The position numbers and the translations under genes are program-made. A stretch of DNA of 63,965 nt, the filler included, from Cladosporium halotolerans (taxonomy: Eukaryota), in assembly GCF_011745625.1 (NCBI RefSeq). It is 4 parts of 4 records of this genome, joined end to end, with 100 filler letters (N's around TTAATTAATTAA, not from the genome) between each part and the next. Parts side by side here need not be neighbours in the genome. Positions count along the whole stretch, not along the records: positions 19,305 to 37,877 come from NW_027191551.1; 3 more parts are not named here. One strand, written 5' to 3'. Within the stretch, counting starts at the first letter, position 1; the number at the start of each line of letters is the position of its first letter. This document shows positions 24,668 to 36,766 of the stretch, one piece after another. A model generated the notes under the pieces. That model saw only the letters and a program-made list of their open reading frames with translations. It was not told where the DNA came from and ran no database searches.

Positions 24668-25869
24668 TGTTTCCGCAGAGGTTGGGTTGGGAACGATCAA
24701 ACCTAAGGCCTTCAGGGAGGAGGGCGGACTATTGCCTCGACATCGCAGGCTTGCTCGTGCTGCAGATCGCACGATCGGCGAAGACTCCGGGCAGTTTGCT
24801 GACACGACTGCACTCCGCACGAACGTCGTTGAAGCGTGGTTAGTGTAAAGTTTATCGCGGCCACTACAACGAGGTACAAGTCTCCGTTGCAATTGCTAGT
24901 GAGCGCAGTCAAGCTGTGTCGTGTGTGCACGCATGCTGCGGTGTGCATGAGCGTCCGTCTCGTCCTATCTTCCCTCCCGTTGAAAGTAATCAACTCGCCA
25001 AGGCCGTCTCTGCCTGCTCACTCCCGCCACGCTTGGAATGCGGATGCCACACATTCCACAGCCATGGCACAGCGGCCCCTCCGCCTTGGGGTGAGCAAAC
25101 AGCTGCGGACTAATGCAGTGCCGTGCCACCCACGCCGCCTAGCCGATGTGGTCCGAAGAAGCCGCTTCTCCGCACTTCATCAAAATCCTTGCGCTGCCAT
25201 GTTAACTCCATAACATCCTCTGCACTTTGGTCAACAGAGGCCTTGCCACCTCTGACTGTGCAGGTGAGATCTTGAAGCCTCCATTTATACTTCTATTGCA
25301 GCGTTTCAAACTACCAGGGGCTTTTTTTCCCGTGATCATGATACATCCAAACTATTCAGCTTATTGCAGGCCCAGCTATCATCTAGGCAAATCTGATGGC
25401 CCTCCATCTGCGCACCCTTCGGGTGTACATTATCCAGGCCAAGGATTCACACTGGGATCCACATCCACTCACACCCATGAAATTTTCTCGCTCCTCATTG
25501 ATTATTTCGCTTTCGCACTGTAGTACCGATCGAAGAGAAATTTCCATAAGTGGGTTACTGAGAGAATGAGAGGACAAGGGCTCAGAGCCATGTGCGCCTA
25601 TAGCGAATACCACTCTTCCAGAGTTGCTTATCGTCTACTCTTGATTGTAGGACTGTGCTTATGAGCTTCATTCAGACTTCTCTACGACGAGGAAATAAGA
25701 TTGCAGAAAATCAAAACACCCGCGCATCGCTATACCTCCCAGCACACAAAGCCGTCACTTCACTAGACATGCTTCGTCAGAGCATTGCTAAGATGATTTC
25801 ATAACGTCCAATTGGGTTTAGACAAGCAGATGAGCTTGATATGAGACCCTGCGTTATTGTTAAGACCTC

Positions 25870-26570
25870 GTTGTGGGTGTTTCAGTGGAACGACCATTGC
25901 GATCTTCCACTACCGCGGCAGGGTGCCTGCGTCGAGCTCCTTTGAAAGAGTTGGCGGACACTTCCTTTCAATGCCGGCCATACTTGCCTCCACACGCCGG
26001 CTGGAAGTCCGTCTTCGCCTGGACCTTTCCACGGCTTAGTTTCCATCAAACAGCTCTCAATCTCTTCTTCGGTTGGCTTCGGCATGGCAACAGCTGCCTT
26101 TTGCAGCATGTCGCCTTCTTCCTCTATTCTTTCGGGAAGTGCCGGGAGAAAGGTGGCAAGAAGCTGCTCGGCCTGCTCGGAATTGCGCTTCGTCAGTGTT
26201 CCATCCGCCTTGGCCACCGAGAGCCCTCATCAGGCTTGAGGTAGCGGATCGCCTTCCAGATAATCGTGTCTTACAAGAAGTCGTCCCAGTGCAGCTTTTG
26301 TTACTCGCATGGCGTCGTGGTACTCCTTGGCCGCTGCCTGAGCTTTTTTGCTCCAGCGCCTGTAGTGCCTCTCCGTCTCGTCGTTGTGCTCGAGCTCTGT
26401 TCCTCCAGTACGTATAGACCCGGTGGAGCTTCGTAAGATCCTGGGTCCACCATCGCTTCGCATACGGGATGGCTTGGCTTTGAGTGTCAGCGTGTTGACC
26501 GCTTCGATGACGAGTTGCGTCAGACGCTGTCTGTGCGCGTGGTGGGGAACGCTTCTACGAAGCTCTTGCC
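25870..26570 (-). mobile_element. degenerate Tad1-like LINE fragment (EN-RT linker and RT start)
   Basis: EQAEQLLATFLPALPERIEEEG...KPWKGPGEDGLPAGVWRQVWP, homologous to 28650-29330 on the opposite strand. Confidence 0.82.
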
Positions 26571-26679
26571 GAAGCCCGTGGGTATAGGACAGGCTTAGAC
26601 TGGAAATCCGGATTGTTGAATTTATTGAAGAAAAAGCTATTCATCACGTAGATATTGTGCCTTCTAGGCGCACTTGTCG

Positions 26680-27990
26680 ATGGCTGCCGCTGTGCGCCCG
26701 CCGTCGCAGCCGGACGAGGGCGCGTCGCCCGCGTTGACGCGTCCAAGCCGACAACGCGTCTCACGCACCGAGGTCGACTATCGGAAACTGCACCGAGGAA
26801 TATTGGCAAAGGAGACAGCTCTCTCTAAAGCATCAGGAAAGAGCAGCGAAACTTTGGAGTCTCGGCTGGACACTGTTATGAAGGCCATTGCCGGCGTGCG
26901 CGAATCTGTTGACGAGCGCTTCGCCCTCGTTCAGGAGGCTATCGAACAAGTACCGGACATCGGACAAGTGAAAGAGACCGTATCGGAAGAAGTAAGGGGC
27001 ATTGTCCAAGAGCGATTGAAGGCCACCGTACAACGCGAGATTGTAGAGGCTATTAGGGACGAGGTCAAGAGCGCCGTGCAACAGCAGGTGAGTGGGGTAG
27101 TTCGTCGGGAGGTCAAGGAGGTGGTGCAGCAAGAGGTCAAAAGTATCGTGAAGCAAGAAGTCCAAAGTATCGTGCAGCGAGAGGTCATGAACATTGTTAC
27201 GGAGAAGGTCACTGCGATCGTTCAACAGCAGGTTACTACCATAGTCCAGCAGCAGGTCACATCTATCGTCCAGGAGCAGGTCACAGCCATCGTCGAAAAG
27301 CAGCTGTCTAGCATTCAACCGTCGAGCACTCAAGCATCTAGCCCAAATCCGTCGTACGCCGACGTCGCGCGCACCCCACCAGGCAGTCACCCCAGTAACC
27401 TGAGGACGCTCTCCAATCAGACAACCCCATCAACTTTGACTGACACGCTGTACTGCACGGTGGATGTGTCCAACGTTGAAGAGGAGGAGAGGGGCAGGGC
27501 GAATGCTAGCACAATCAGACAAGAGGTCGAGAAAGGCATGAGGAAGGGTGACGGGGGAAGCGGGTGGCGATGTGTGGCGGTGACGAGGGACCCTCGCAAT
27601 TCCGGCCGCATTCGCATCACCTGCCGGGACGAAGAGGAGTTGGCTCGGGTCAAGTCTGGCCGAGAGGGCGAAGGCGAGCGGAGCGCGCGTGCTGCGCGAT
27701 CAATGGTACCCCGTCAAGGTGGACAACGCGTGCAGGACGGCGGTGCTGGATGAGAATGGAGAACTGCGGGTAGGTGCGACGGAATTGATGGAGAAAGAGA
27801 ACGAGGTGAAAATTGCCAAACTGTCGTGGCTCAGCCGGAAGGATTCGCCGAAGGCGTACGGGTCTATGGTCGTGTATGTGACGAAGCGCGCCGACGCAGC
27901 GAGGCTCCTAGACGGCCAGTACTTCAACGTGGACGGGGAGTCAGCTTTCACCCGAGCATTTGAGCCCAGACGCGGACCGATGCAGTGCTT
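26680..27990 (+). pseudogene. LINE ORF1 (gag-like)
   Basis: SYADVARTPP, RIRITCRDEEEL, LRDQWYPVKVDN, KAYGSMVVY, GPMQCF; frameshift near 27655; zinc knuckles deleted after QCF. Confidence 0.82.
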
Positions 27991-30900
27991 CCCAGCGAAA
28001 GGCACCACGGGAGGTGGGCGATCCGTAGCATGCTTTGAGTGCGCAGAGACATCGAATGTGAACAAGTCGAGGTGCCGTCAGCGGATCTCACGGTGGCGCT
28101 ACTGCGTCTGCCTGATCGATCAGTACTGGTGGCATCAGTGTATGTCGAGGGCGGCAATGCGTCGGCGCTGTCTCAAACAGTGTATCTTCTCCGTGAGGCA
28201 ATCCGCAGCGCTGGACACCGCGGTGGGCCGCGCCTCGACTTGGTTATTGCCGGGGACTTCAACCGCCATGACCAATTGTGGGGCGGAGACGAGGTGCTGT
28301 CGCAGCGTCAAGGCGAGGCAGACCCGATCATCGACTTCATGGGGGAATGGAGCCTCGAGAGCCTGCTGCCTCGGGTTACCAAGACGTGGCAGAACAAGAT
28401 GCACGCTACGACAATCGATCTGATGCTGGCGTCACAGGAGCTAGCAGCTAGTTTGGTGAAGTGCAAGATCCACGACACAGAGCATGGGTCTGATCACCGT
28501 GCCATCGAGACGACATTCGATGTCGACCTCCCGGAGCACGTGGTCGAGCCACGGCTACTGTACAAGAATGCGCCGTGGAAGGAGATCCGGGAACGGATCG
28601 CTCGAACATTGCAGCAACAACGCCAGGGCGTCACGGTTCAGGAGCAAACGGACCGCCTGATGCATGCTGTTCAAGAAGCAGTCTTCGCGCTGACGCCCAA
28701 GGCGAAGCCTTGCCCGTACGCGAAGCGATGGTGAACGCAGGATCTGACGAAGCTCCGGCGGGTGTACACATACTGGGGGAACAGAGCTCGGGCTCAGCGA
28801 CGCGGTGGACAGGCCTTGCCGACACTTGAGCAGCAGGCTCGAGTGGCGTCTAAAGAGTACCACGATGCTACACACAGACAACAACGGACGCACTGGGATG
28901 ACTTCCTGGCGGATGATGCCAACATCTGGAAGGCAACACGGTATCTGCAGCCAGACCAAGGGTCCAGCTGGTCGAGAATCCCACCCTTACGAAAGGCGGA
29001 TGGATCACTCACGAGGAACACTGCGGAGCAGGCTGAGCAGCTGCTCGCGACCTTCTTTCCGCCACTGCCTGAGAATATAGAGGAGGAAGGTGACAGGCCG
29101 CAGAGGGCTGCTGTTGCCATGCCGCAGCTGACGGAAGAAGAGATTGAGAACTGTCTCATGAAGACCAAACCGTGGAAGGCAGCAGGGGAAGACGGACTCC
29201 CGGCCGGCGTGTGGAGGCAAGTATGGCCGGCCGTGAGTGAGAGTGTCCGCCGCCTGTTTCAAATGTCCCTCGACACAGGAGTGATTCCTCAGTAATGGAA
29301 AGTCGCAAAGATCATGCCGCTCAAGGAGCCTAACAAGGACGACTACACCCTGGCGAAGGCGTGGAGGCCCATCTCACTACTATCGACGCTGGGGAAATTG
29401 CTGGAGGCAGTCTTCGCGGAGAGGATATCATTTGCGGTCGAGACCTACGGCCTGCTGCCGGCCAACCACTTCGGTGCGAGGAAGCAGAGGTCTGCGGAGC
29501 AGGCGCTGTTGCTCCTCCAGGAGTGCATCTACACAGCGTGGAGAAACAAGAGAGTGGTGAGCTTGGTCAGTTTTGATGTGAAAGGCGCCTACAACGGGGT
29601 CTACAAAGACAGACTGCTGCAGCGGCTTCAGGCCAGAGGCATGCCCTCAGACTTAGCGAACTGGATCGACGCCTTCTGCTCCAAACGCACGGCCACGATC
29701 TGTGAATGGCCAGGCATCCGACGTGAGAGCACTCGAACAAGCCGGGCTACCGCAAGGCTCCCCTTTGTCTCCGATTCTGTTTCTCTTCTTCAACGCAGAT
29801 CTTGTTCAGCAACGAATCGACCAAGACAGTGGGGCGATCGCTTTTGTCGATGATTACACTGCGTGGGTGGTGGGCAAGACCGCCGCAGAGAACATGGATC
29901 TTCTTCTGGCCATCGTACAACAAGCGACCGAGTGGGAGAGCAGGAGCGGGGCGTCGTTCGAAGGGGACCAGACCGCCTTCATCTACTTAACGAGGAACAA
30001 CACTCGTCAGTCCGCGGACGAACCGATCACCGTCAAAGGGGGGGAGATCCGGCCCACACCCAGCGTCAAGATTCTAGGCTTGGTGATGGACACACGACTG
30101 CGCTACCAAAAACACGCCGCACGCGCTGCAACGAAGGGTCTCCGGGCAACCATGGCGCTGAAGCGGCTGCGAGGACTCTCGCCGTCAGTGACGCGCAAGC
30201 TGTTCAACGCGACGGTGGCAACGGTGGTCGTTTCCGCATCCTCAGTATGGATGCACGCCAGGAGAGCCAGCGCAGAGAGAGTGCTCAAGCGAGTGCAGAG
30301 GATCGGTGGACAGGCAGTGGTCGGATGCTTCCAGACGGTCGGCACGGCGGTGGCAGAGGCAGAAGCCAACCTGCGAACGATAGAAAAACGACACAGGCAA
30401 AAAGCATTGGAGATGTGGGTTGAGTTGCACAGCATGCCCGCCACGCACCCTCTCGCGCAGATGGCCAGGCGTAGGACCTGCAAAAGGTTCGTGTCATCCA
30501 TGCAGAAAATCGCAGAGTACGCCCGCGGTGCACCTTTGGATGAGCTCGAGGCAACTCTGCCTTACGTCTCGGCGCCGTGGGACGCACGACTCGACATAGT
30601 CGACGACACAGACGACGGCGTGCAGACGGCCGCGCGGGTTCAAGAGACGCAGGGCATACGCATCGCCACTAGCGCGTCGGTCAGGAACCAGCTGGTCGAC
30701 TTCGGAGGCGCCATCGAGAGCGTGGACGGGACAACAAACCACGCTGAGCTACGCGAGTACGACAAGACGTTGGGCACCACCGGGCAGAGTGATGCCTACA
30801 CAGCCGCTCTGGCCTCCATCGAGGCGGGACTTGATTCGGTCGTCGGCGCGGTGTATGCGGGGACTTTGCCGGGCCGAGTACACGGCCAGACCGTCCGCGT

Positions 30901-31816
30901 TTTCACTAACAACCGTACCGTTCTAATTACTTTGAGAGCTCCCGCCAAACGGACCAGACAATGGATCATCGGTGGGATTTTGAAACATGTAAGATTCCTG
31001 GAAGGGTTCGCCATGCGTGTAGTGTTTGCGTGGGCCCCTGTAAGCTCGATTTTCGAGCTCGGGCAAAAGGCAAAACAGCTTGCGCAGCGGTCCACAAATG
31101 AGGGACGAGTGGCCAAAGACGGACCGAGACTGACCAAGAGTACACTGATTAAGAACATGGTGCAGAAGGCACAACAGCGCGTGGCGCGTGAGTCTTCGCA
31201 CGCACCGACGACGTTCGGGGAACTCGTGCGCATAATCGACGCGGCGTGGCCTGGCAGCAACACGCGGCGCGTGTACGACAAGCTCAGGAAGAGACAGGCG
31301 AGTGTCCTCGCGCAGCTTCGTACAGGCATGGCGCCACTGAATGGGTACTTGCACAACATCAAAGCAGTGGAAACGAATCTCTGTGAATGTGGCGAGGCAG
31401 TCGAGTCGAGAGAGCACTTCATCTTTCGTTGTGCTGGGTGGAGCGAGCAGCGGGAGATCTTGGGCGTATGGGCGGGCGAAGACGACCTCTCCCGCCTGCT
31501 TGGAGGCAAGTCCCTCACGGATCCCGGCGATTGGAGCCCGGACAAGGATGCAGTGCGAGCTGTGATCCATTTCACCCTGGCTACCAAACGATTCGAACGA
31601 GACACCAGTACGCGAAGGTGGATGAAGAGGGAGAGAGTGAATGACGACGACGACTGGGAAGCCCGCACCCTACTAACCACTAACACTACTCCACCCCAAG
31701 CACCCTCGTGCACACGGCAGGTGCCCGCTTCATCTGCTGAGGATAGGACGATGAACACTTGGAAACACATCTTCAAGAACACCCGCCGACCAGCAACCAC
31801 GAGCCTTCGAAAGTGA
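27991..31816 (+). pseudogene. LINE ORF2 (APE endonuclease, reverse transcriptase, RNase H-like, zinc finger)
   Basis: GDFNRHDQLWGG, TTIDL, GSDHRAI; WRPISLLSTLGK, FDVKGAY, GLPQGSPLSP, FVDD; QLRTG...CECGEAVESREHFIFRC. Stops at 28036, 28732 and 29293; frameshift near 29700. Confidence 0.9.
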
Positions 31817-31965
31817 GAGAAATACATGTCGATGGCTTGACTTCGATGGTGAAGGACAATGAGCTTGGGAGCTTTGTTTGTTTAAACCCCGCCAAGGTAG
31901 AACGTAAATTTTGAGACATAAATAGTGCATTGCCCTTTAGGTGCTTAGCGCCGGGCGGAATAAAA

Positions 31966-31967
<2 letters not shown>

Positions 31968-32006
<39 letters not shown>
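31968..32006 (+). repeat. (CAT)13 microsatellite, LINE 3' tail
   Basis: 13 perfect CAT units directly after AATAAA at 31959-31964. Confidence 0.95.
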
Positions 32007-32008
<2 letters not shown>

Positions 32009-32297
32009 GTTCAACAGGAGTGAGGGGTCGGTGTCCTAATACAGAACTACGGTGAGGGCAACAGAGTCATATCATAGAGCTAAAGATTTTTGGGTTGCCG
32101 AATATTGCAATGCGAAATTTCTTCCGAAACGTGACTCTTGAAAGTCGTGTTGACAGGCATTCCGCATATGTCTAGACTGTCTTACCAGCAATTTGATAAA
32201 TCATCGAATATTGCTGAAGCGAAATTACGACGGCTATCGACGCAATTCCATACAATGTCTAGCGACATGCAAATTCCGCCTCACCATCCGACGTAAA

Positions 32298-32535
32298 ATG
32301 CCCAGTTGTCGCAAGATCAAATCGCTGGCATTGTGCAAGCAAGTTTTCCGGACCATACACTCGAGAAACTCGAACAACTGGAATCCGGCAAGTCCTTTAA
32401 CAATAAGATTTACTTCCTAAAACTTGTTCCGCGGCGGGATGACAATACAACCCGATTGGAGCTGGTGCTCAAGGTCGGTGGGCATTATCTCGGAGCTCGC
32501 AAAATACAGAATGAAGTTGGCTTTCTTCTACTACA
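32298..32535 (+). pseudogene. N-terminal fragment of a fungal aminoglycoside-phosphotransferase (APH)-like kinase
   Basis: LEQLESGKSFNNKIYFL...LVLKVGG...KIQNEVG then loss of homology; ATG at 32298 is out of frame with the rest. Confidence 0.55.
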
Positions 32536-33691
32536 CCGTGTGATTGCTCTATCAGATCTCGCTGGAGGCTGCAGCCTATGCTCATTACACTGTTCGAGAA
32601 TTAGGCGCTTAGCGAAGGTATTGGCCCTCGTTGCCCCTCAGTCTTTGTCGGTCTTTAGGTTTGATGATCTTGACCAGAAGTTAGCCTTCTCATTGCTCGG
32701 TCTTTCAATTCAGTGATCCTGAACAGGGTCTGGCCTCCCCATTGCTCGGTCTTTGAGTTTGGTGGCGTTGATCAAGGTTTGGCCATCGCGACAGCGGGTA
32801 CACGCACGGGGGGAACGTTTGAAAGGCCCAAAAGCGATCCGTGCGGCTTCACCTATCCCCTCGCAGGTGGCATATCTTGGCACAAAGCTTGCAATCAAAC
32901 GCCGCTCCAGACTGTTGCCTATGCCACCAGACGTTATCTTCACGCTAGCACAGCGGGAGAACACCCTGCTTCAGCGGCGCAGCACCTGTCATTGATTCGT
33001 AAGCTCAAGCATTCCGGATAGATGGTTAGAGCCGTACTCAGCACCTTCCACATCTGCGATTGGACGAACGCAGAGTGATGCCTGATCGGAGAGCCACGTG
33101 CGATGCAGCCTGCTGGCGGCACCGGCGCAGCAGTGGCTGTAGCTAGCTTACCAGACTTCTTTCCGGACGGCCTTGATCTTACTTTTCAGCAACTTTAAGG
33201 GCACACGGCGAATGTTAAGCAGCAACTACTTTTTTTGAGCAAATCTGGTGTCGTTCGAGACAACAAGGACGCTGTGAAATTGATCTTGCGGCCAAGTCAC
33301 CATCCCTCCAAACTTCTTCAGATTTTCCAAACACACACGCGCTTTTCAGCCCTAGTGAGACCTGCAAGGGACGAATTTCCTGTCAATCGTCTTGAGCTGT
33401 GTTTACAGCGCAGTCGCCATTCTTCGACAAATCCGTACCTGACGAGTCATCACCTTTTGACCGAGAATCATGGCTGTCATCAAGTCTAATCATGTGGATG
33501 AACCTCCACCATCATATAGCGTGCATCCTCCCGGTTCACCAGAGACTGGTAGCTTGCCAACAAGTCCGTCCGCAGAAGGTATATTAATGAGACCTCTCCT
33601 GGCACAAGCCACTGACGCCCAAGTAGATGAGTGCGAAGTCGATGGCAAGATTGACGTTGACATGGATAGGATCTTCCGGCGCATATCCAAG

Positions 33692-36600
33692 CAGACTGGT
33701 GCACAATCAAGCGCTGCTTGATGCTTGATCAAGCGCTTGGTCAAGCAGTCAGTCAATCAAGCACCGTGTAGCCAGTCAATCAATCAAGCAGGACTTTATC
33801 AAGCGCTTGACACACTTGAGTGCTTGATTATTCAGGAAATCCTAGGTGCAGAATGCTAAATTCCTTAACCCAAACCCTAACCCCGGCCGCATCGAAAAGG
33901 ATGAACTCCAGATTCCGGATCTCTGGACCCCTGTATCCCCACAAATCACTAGTCTATGGAATACCCCGCGTTAGAACTACTCAAACGGGTACTGCCTACG
34001 CGTTTCGCGTGCAATTCGTGAGGAGATGGAGGAGCTGGCCTTGCATTGGTAGTCGCGAGCGCGCCGGCGATGGCTGAGTTGCAGCGCGCAGTACCTTTGG
34101 ACTATGGCTTTTATCTTGAATTGCTCAGCGAGCATCCTGCTTCTGATCACACTACGCAATGGCGACACAGTCCATCTTCGCCCCGCAATCGCCGCACACC
34201 TTCTCATCAAACCCTTCCAGCGGAATCGCCATGTCCGCTGAACAGCGCACAATCGACGACTTCGAAAGCACCGAGCAGCAGCGTCCTGCGCAGCCAGGTC
34301 CGATTGACTTGCCAGGTTACGAGGGTCTTGTGTGGCGTAACGTTACGAGACAGAGGTTTCGGATCCCTGAAAACGATCGCCCGCGACTGGATTCCTGGGT
34401 GTGGAAGCAGAAGCATGGTTGGAGGGTGTGGGATAGTATCGGTGAAGAGTACTGGCTTTGCAAGACATGCCACTGCCGCCGCAGCTCGAACAAGCACTGG
34501 TTCAAGTCCTTCAAATCAACAACGCGAGCTGGCGATCACATGAAAGCAGAGCATCGGGTCAGTGCCGAGGGGGACATTCCGCAGTCGCCGGAGCACCACA
34601 AGAAGAGGAAGCTCGATCAATACCTCAAGGGCTACGATGCTGCCACTGCTGTGGAAAACTCGGCTCTTGCAGGGTTCAATCTGCTCGAGTTCCGAGCACT
34701 GCTCTTGCAGTGGATCATAGCTGACAACATTGCTTTCAGAAAGGTGGAATCTCCTCATCTGCGACGACTCATAAGCTACGCCAACCCGCGGACTCAGATG
34801 CCGTCGCACACTTCGATATCAAGGTGGGTCGCCAAAGCTTATGAACAACAGCTCGGGGTTGTTACGGAGACGCTGGCTTCGGCTATAACGAAGGTGTCGC
34901 TATCTTTCGACCTGTGGACATCCGGCACTAGTGTTGCGCTGCTTGGTGTTGTAGCTCACTTCATTGATGCTGACGGCAAGCCGACGAGCATACTGCGGAG
35001 TTTACCGAGGCAACAGGGCAGGCACACAGGCACTAACATAGCGGACAATGTTGCTTGTATCATCGCGGAGTACGGCTTGGATCGCTCTCTTGGCTTCTTC
35101 ATCACCGACAACGCTAGCCAACAATGCAACCTGTATATTGACGCTCGCGGAGGAGTTTCAGTTCAGTGCCAGAGCTAGATGGATTCGCTGCTCTGGCCAT
35201 ATCCTCAACCTCGTCGCTCAATCGATCCTCTTCGGCGGAGACGCAGACGCACTGGAACTTGAGCTCCTCGATACTCAAGACGAAGAGTTGCGGCACATGG
35301 ATGTCTGGCGGCGTAAAGGGCCTTGCGGCAAGCTGCATAATGTTGTCAAGTATATCAAGAGGTCACCACAACGCATTGAACAATTCGAAGATATCCAGCG
35401 TCGCCTGATCTCTCCAACACGGCCGGCTGGCAAAGCTGAGGTGTACAAACTGGTGGAAGACAATGACACGAGATGGAACTCGATGGAAGACTGTATTGAG
35501 AGAGCGATTTATCTGCAATCGGCTCTTGATGAGTTTGTCGAGAAGGAAATAGACCATTGGCATGTGGCACGCCGGCGTCGGCAGAAAGCACTGCGACCCT
35601 CGATCGTTGACGACCGTCTTAGCACTGACGACTGGGAGGTCCTCAAGGCTTACCATGAGATCCTAAAACCAATAAAGAAGTCTACAAACATCCTCCAAGG
35701 GCAGATAGGTGGCCGCTTTGGAGCCATCTGGCAAGTCTTGCCTCAATTTGAGGCCTTGCTAACCCATCTTGAGGAGCAACGTCAGCGTTATTTGCCTTTA
35801 CAGAGCCAACGCTTGGCTCCAAGTCCGCCACAGCCTTCGCAGCTGCATGCCAATCTTCATGATTGTAACGAAACTCAACAAGGGCATACGCAGCAAAGCG
35901 ATAAGGCCAGGATTGACGAACCACGAGACGTCGCACGCGGGTGTGTCGACTATATCGCAGCTGAACAGCATTTCAGCATGACCATTAACGCTGGCTGGCA
36001 GAAGCTCGACGAGTACTACAAGCGCCTTGATGACAACGTGGTGTATGTCGCCGCGGTGGTTCTGCATCCGCGGATGAAGTGGCGTTACTTCAAGACCAAG
36101 TGGAGTGATCGGGAGGACTGGTTGAGCACATGGAAGGCGGAGCTGGATAAATACTGGCGTCACAACTATGAAAACAAGGCAGCCTCGTCATCGGCGACCT
36201 CAGCTGGGGTCGACAGCGATTCAGGAGTGAAGAGCGTCAAAGATGCTGCAGACGAGTGGTCTGACGGCGAGGACTCAGGCCTTGATCAGCTCGAGCAGTA
36301 CCTCAGCGAGCAGCCAGATCGCTCGTATAGTTCGGCAGACTCGCCAATTAGGTACTGGTTAGCAAGACGGAAGATTTGGCCGCAGTTGGCTGCAATGGCG
36401 CTTGACATATACGCTGTGCCCGCCATGGCTGATGAGCCAGAGCGCCTCTTCAGTCAGGCAGGCGCCGCTATCTCATCGCGACGACGACGTCTGAGCGACG
36501 ATACGGTTGCGTCCCTTATGTGTCTAAAGAGTTGGCAGAGTTCAGGCATCATTACGATAGACAAAAGTCTCTTTGAGCGTGCCATAGAAGCTGTTGTGGT

Positions 36601-36766
36601 AGCGGAATGATAAATGCTCGGGCCCATTACATAAGCACTCAAGCGTAATCAAGCAATCAATCAAGCGCTTGACTCTTGTCAAGCTCAAGCAATCAAGCAC
36701 ACTAAGCCGATCAATCAATCAAGCACAGCCTCTGCGCTTGAGCTTGATTGATTGTGCACCAGTCTG
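33692..36766 (+). mobile_element. complete hAT DNA transposon (Restless/Tfo1-like)
   Basis: Perfect 19-bp TIR CAGACTGGTGCACAATCAA (33692-33710 and 36748-36766); 8-bp TSD TATCCAAG (33684-33691 and 36767-36774); subterminal TCAAGC arrays. Confidence 0.97.
34159..36610 (+). pseudogene. hAT transposase with a single +1 frameshift near 35119
   Basis: BED-like WLCKTC...H...H; SFDLWTS, ITDNAS, RCSGHILNL, DNDTRWNS, VLHPRMK, AVPAMADEPERLFS. ORFs 34159-35178 and 35048-36610 join if one extra C is removed (possible sequencing error). Confidence 0.88.

Larger units (their letters stand above)
26600..32008 (+). mobile_element. Tad1-like non-LTR retrotransposon (LINE), inactivated; 5' boundary approximate
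   Basis: gag-like ORF1 followed by ORF2 with endonuclease, RT, RNase H-like and CCHC regions; ends with AATAAA and (CAT)13. Confidence 0.92.

Noticed and set aside
30796..31827. 343-aa minus-strand ORF, and similar long antisense ORFs over the PKS, Ssk2 and Spok genes
   Set aside because: Shadow frames of GC-rich coding sequence with no recognisable motifs.
31773..32006. Poly-Met ORF
   Set aside because: Antisense reading of the (CAT)13 LINE tail.
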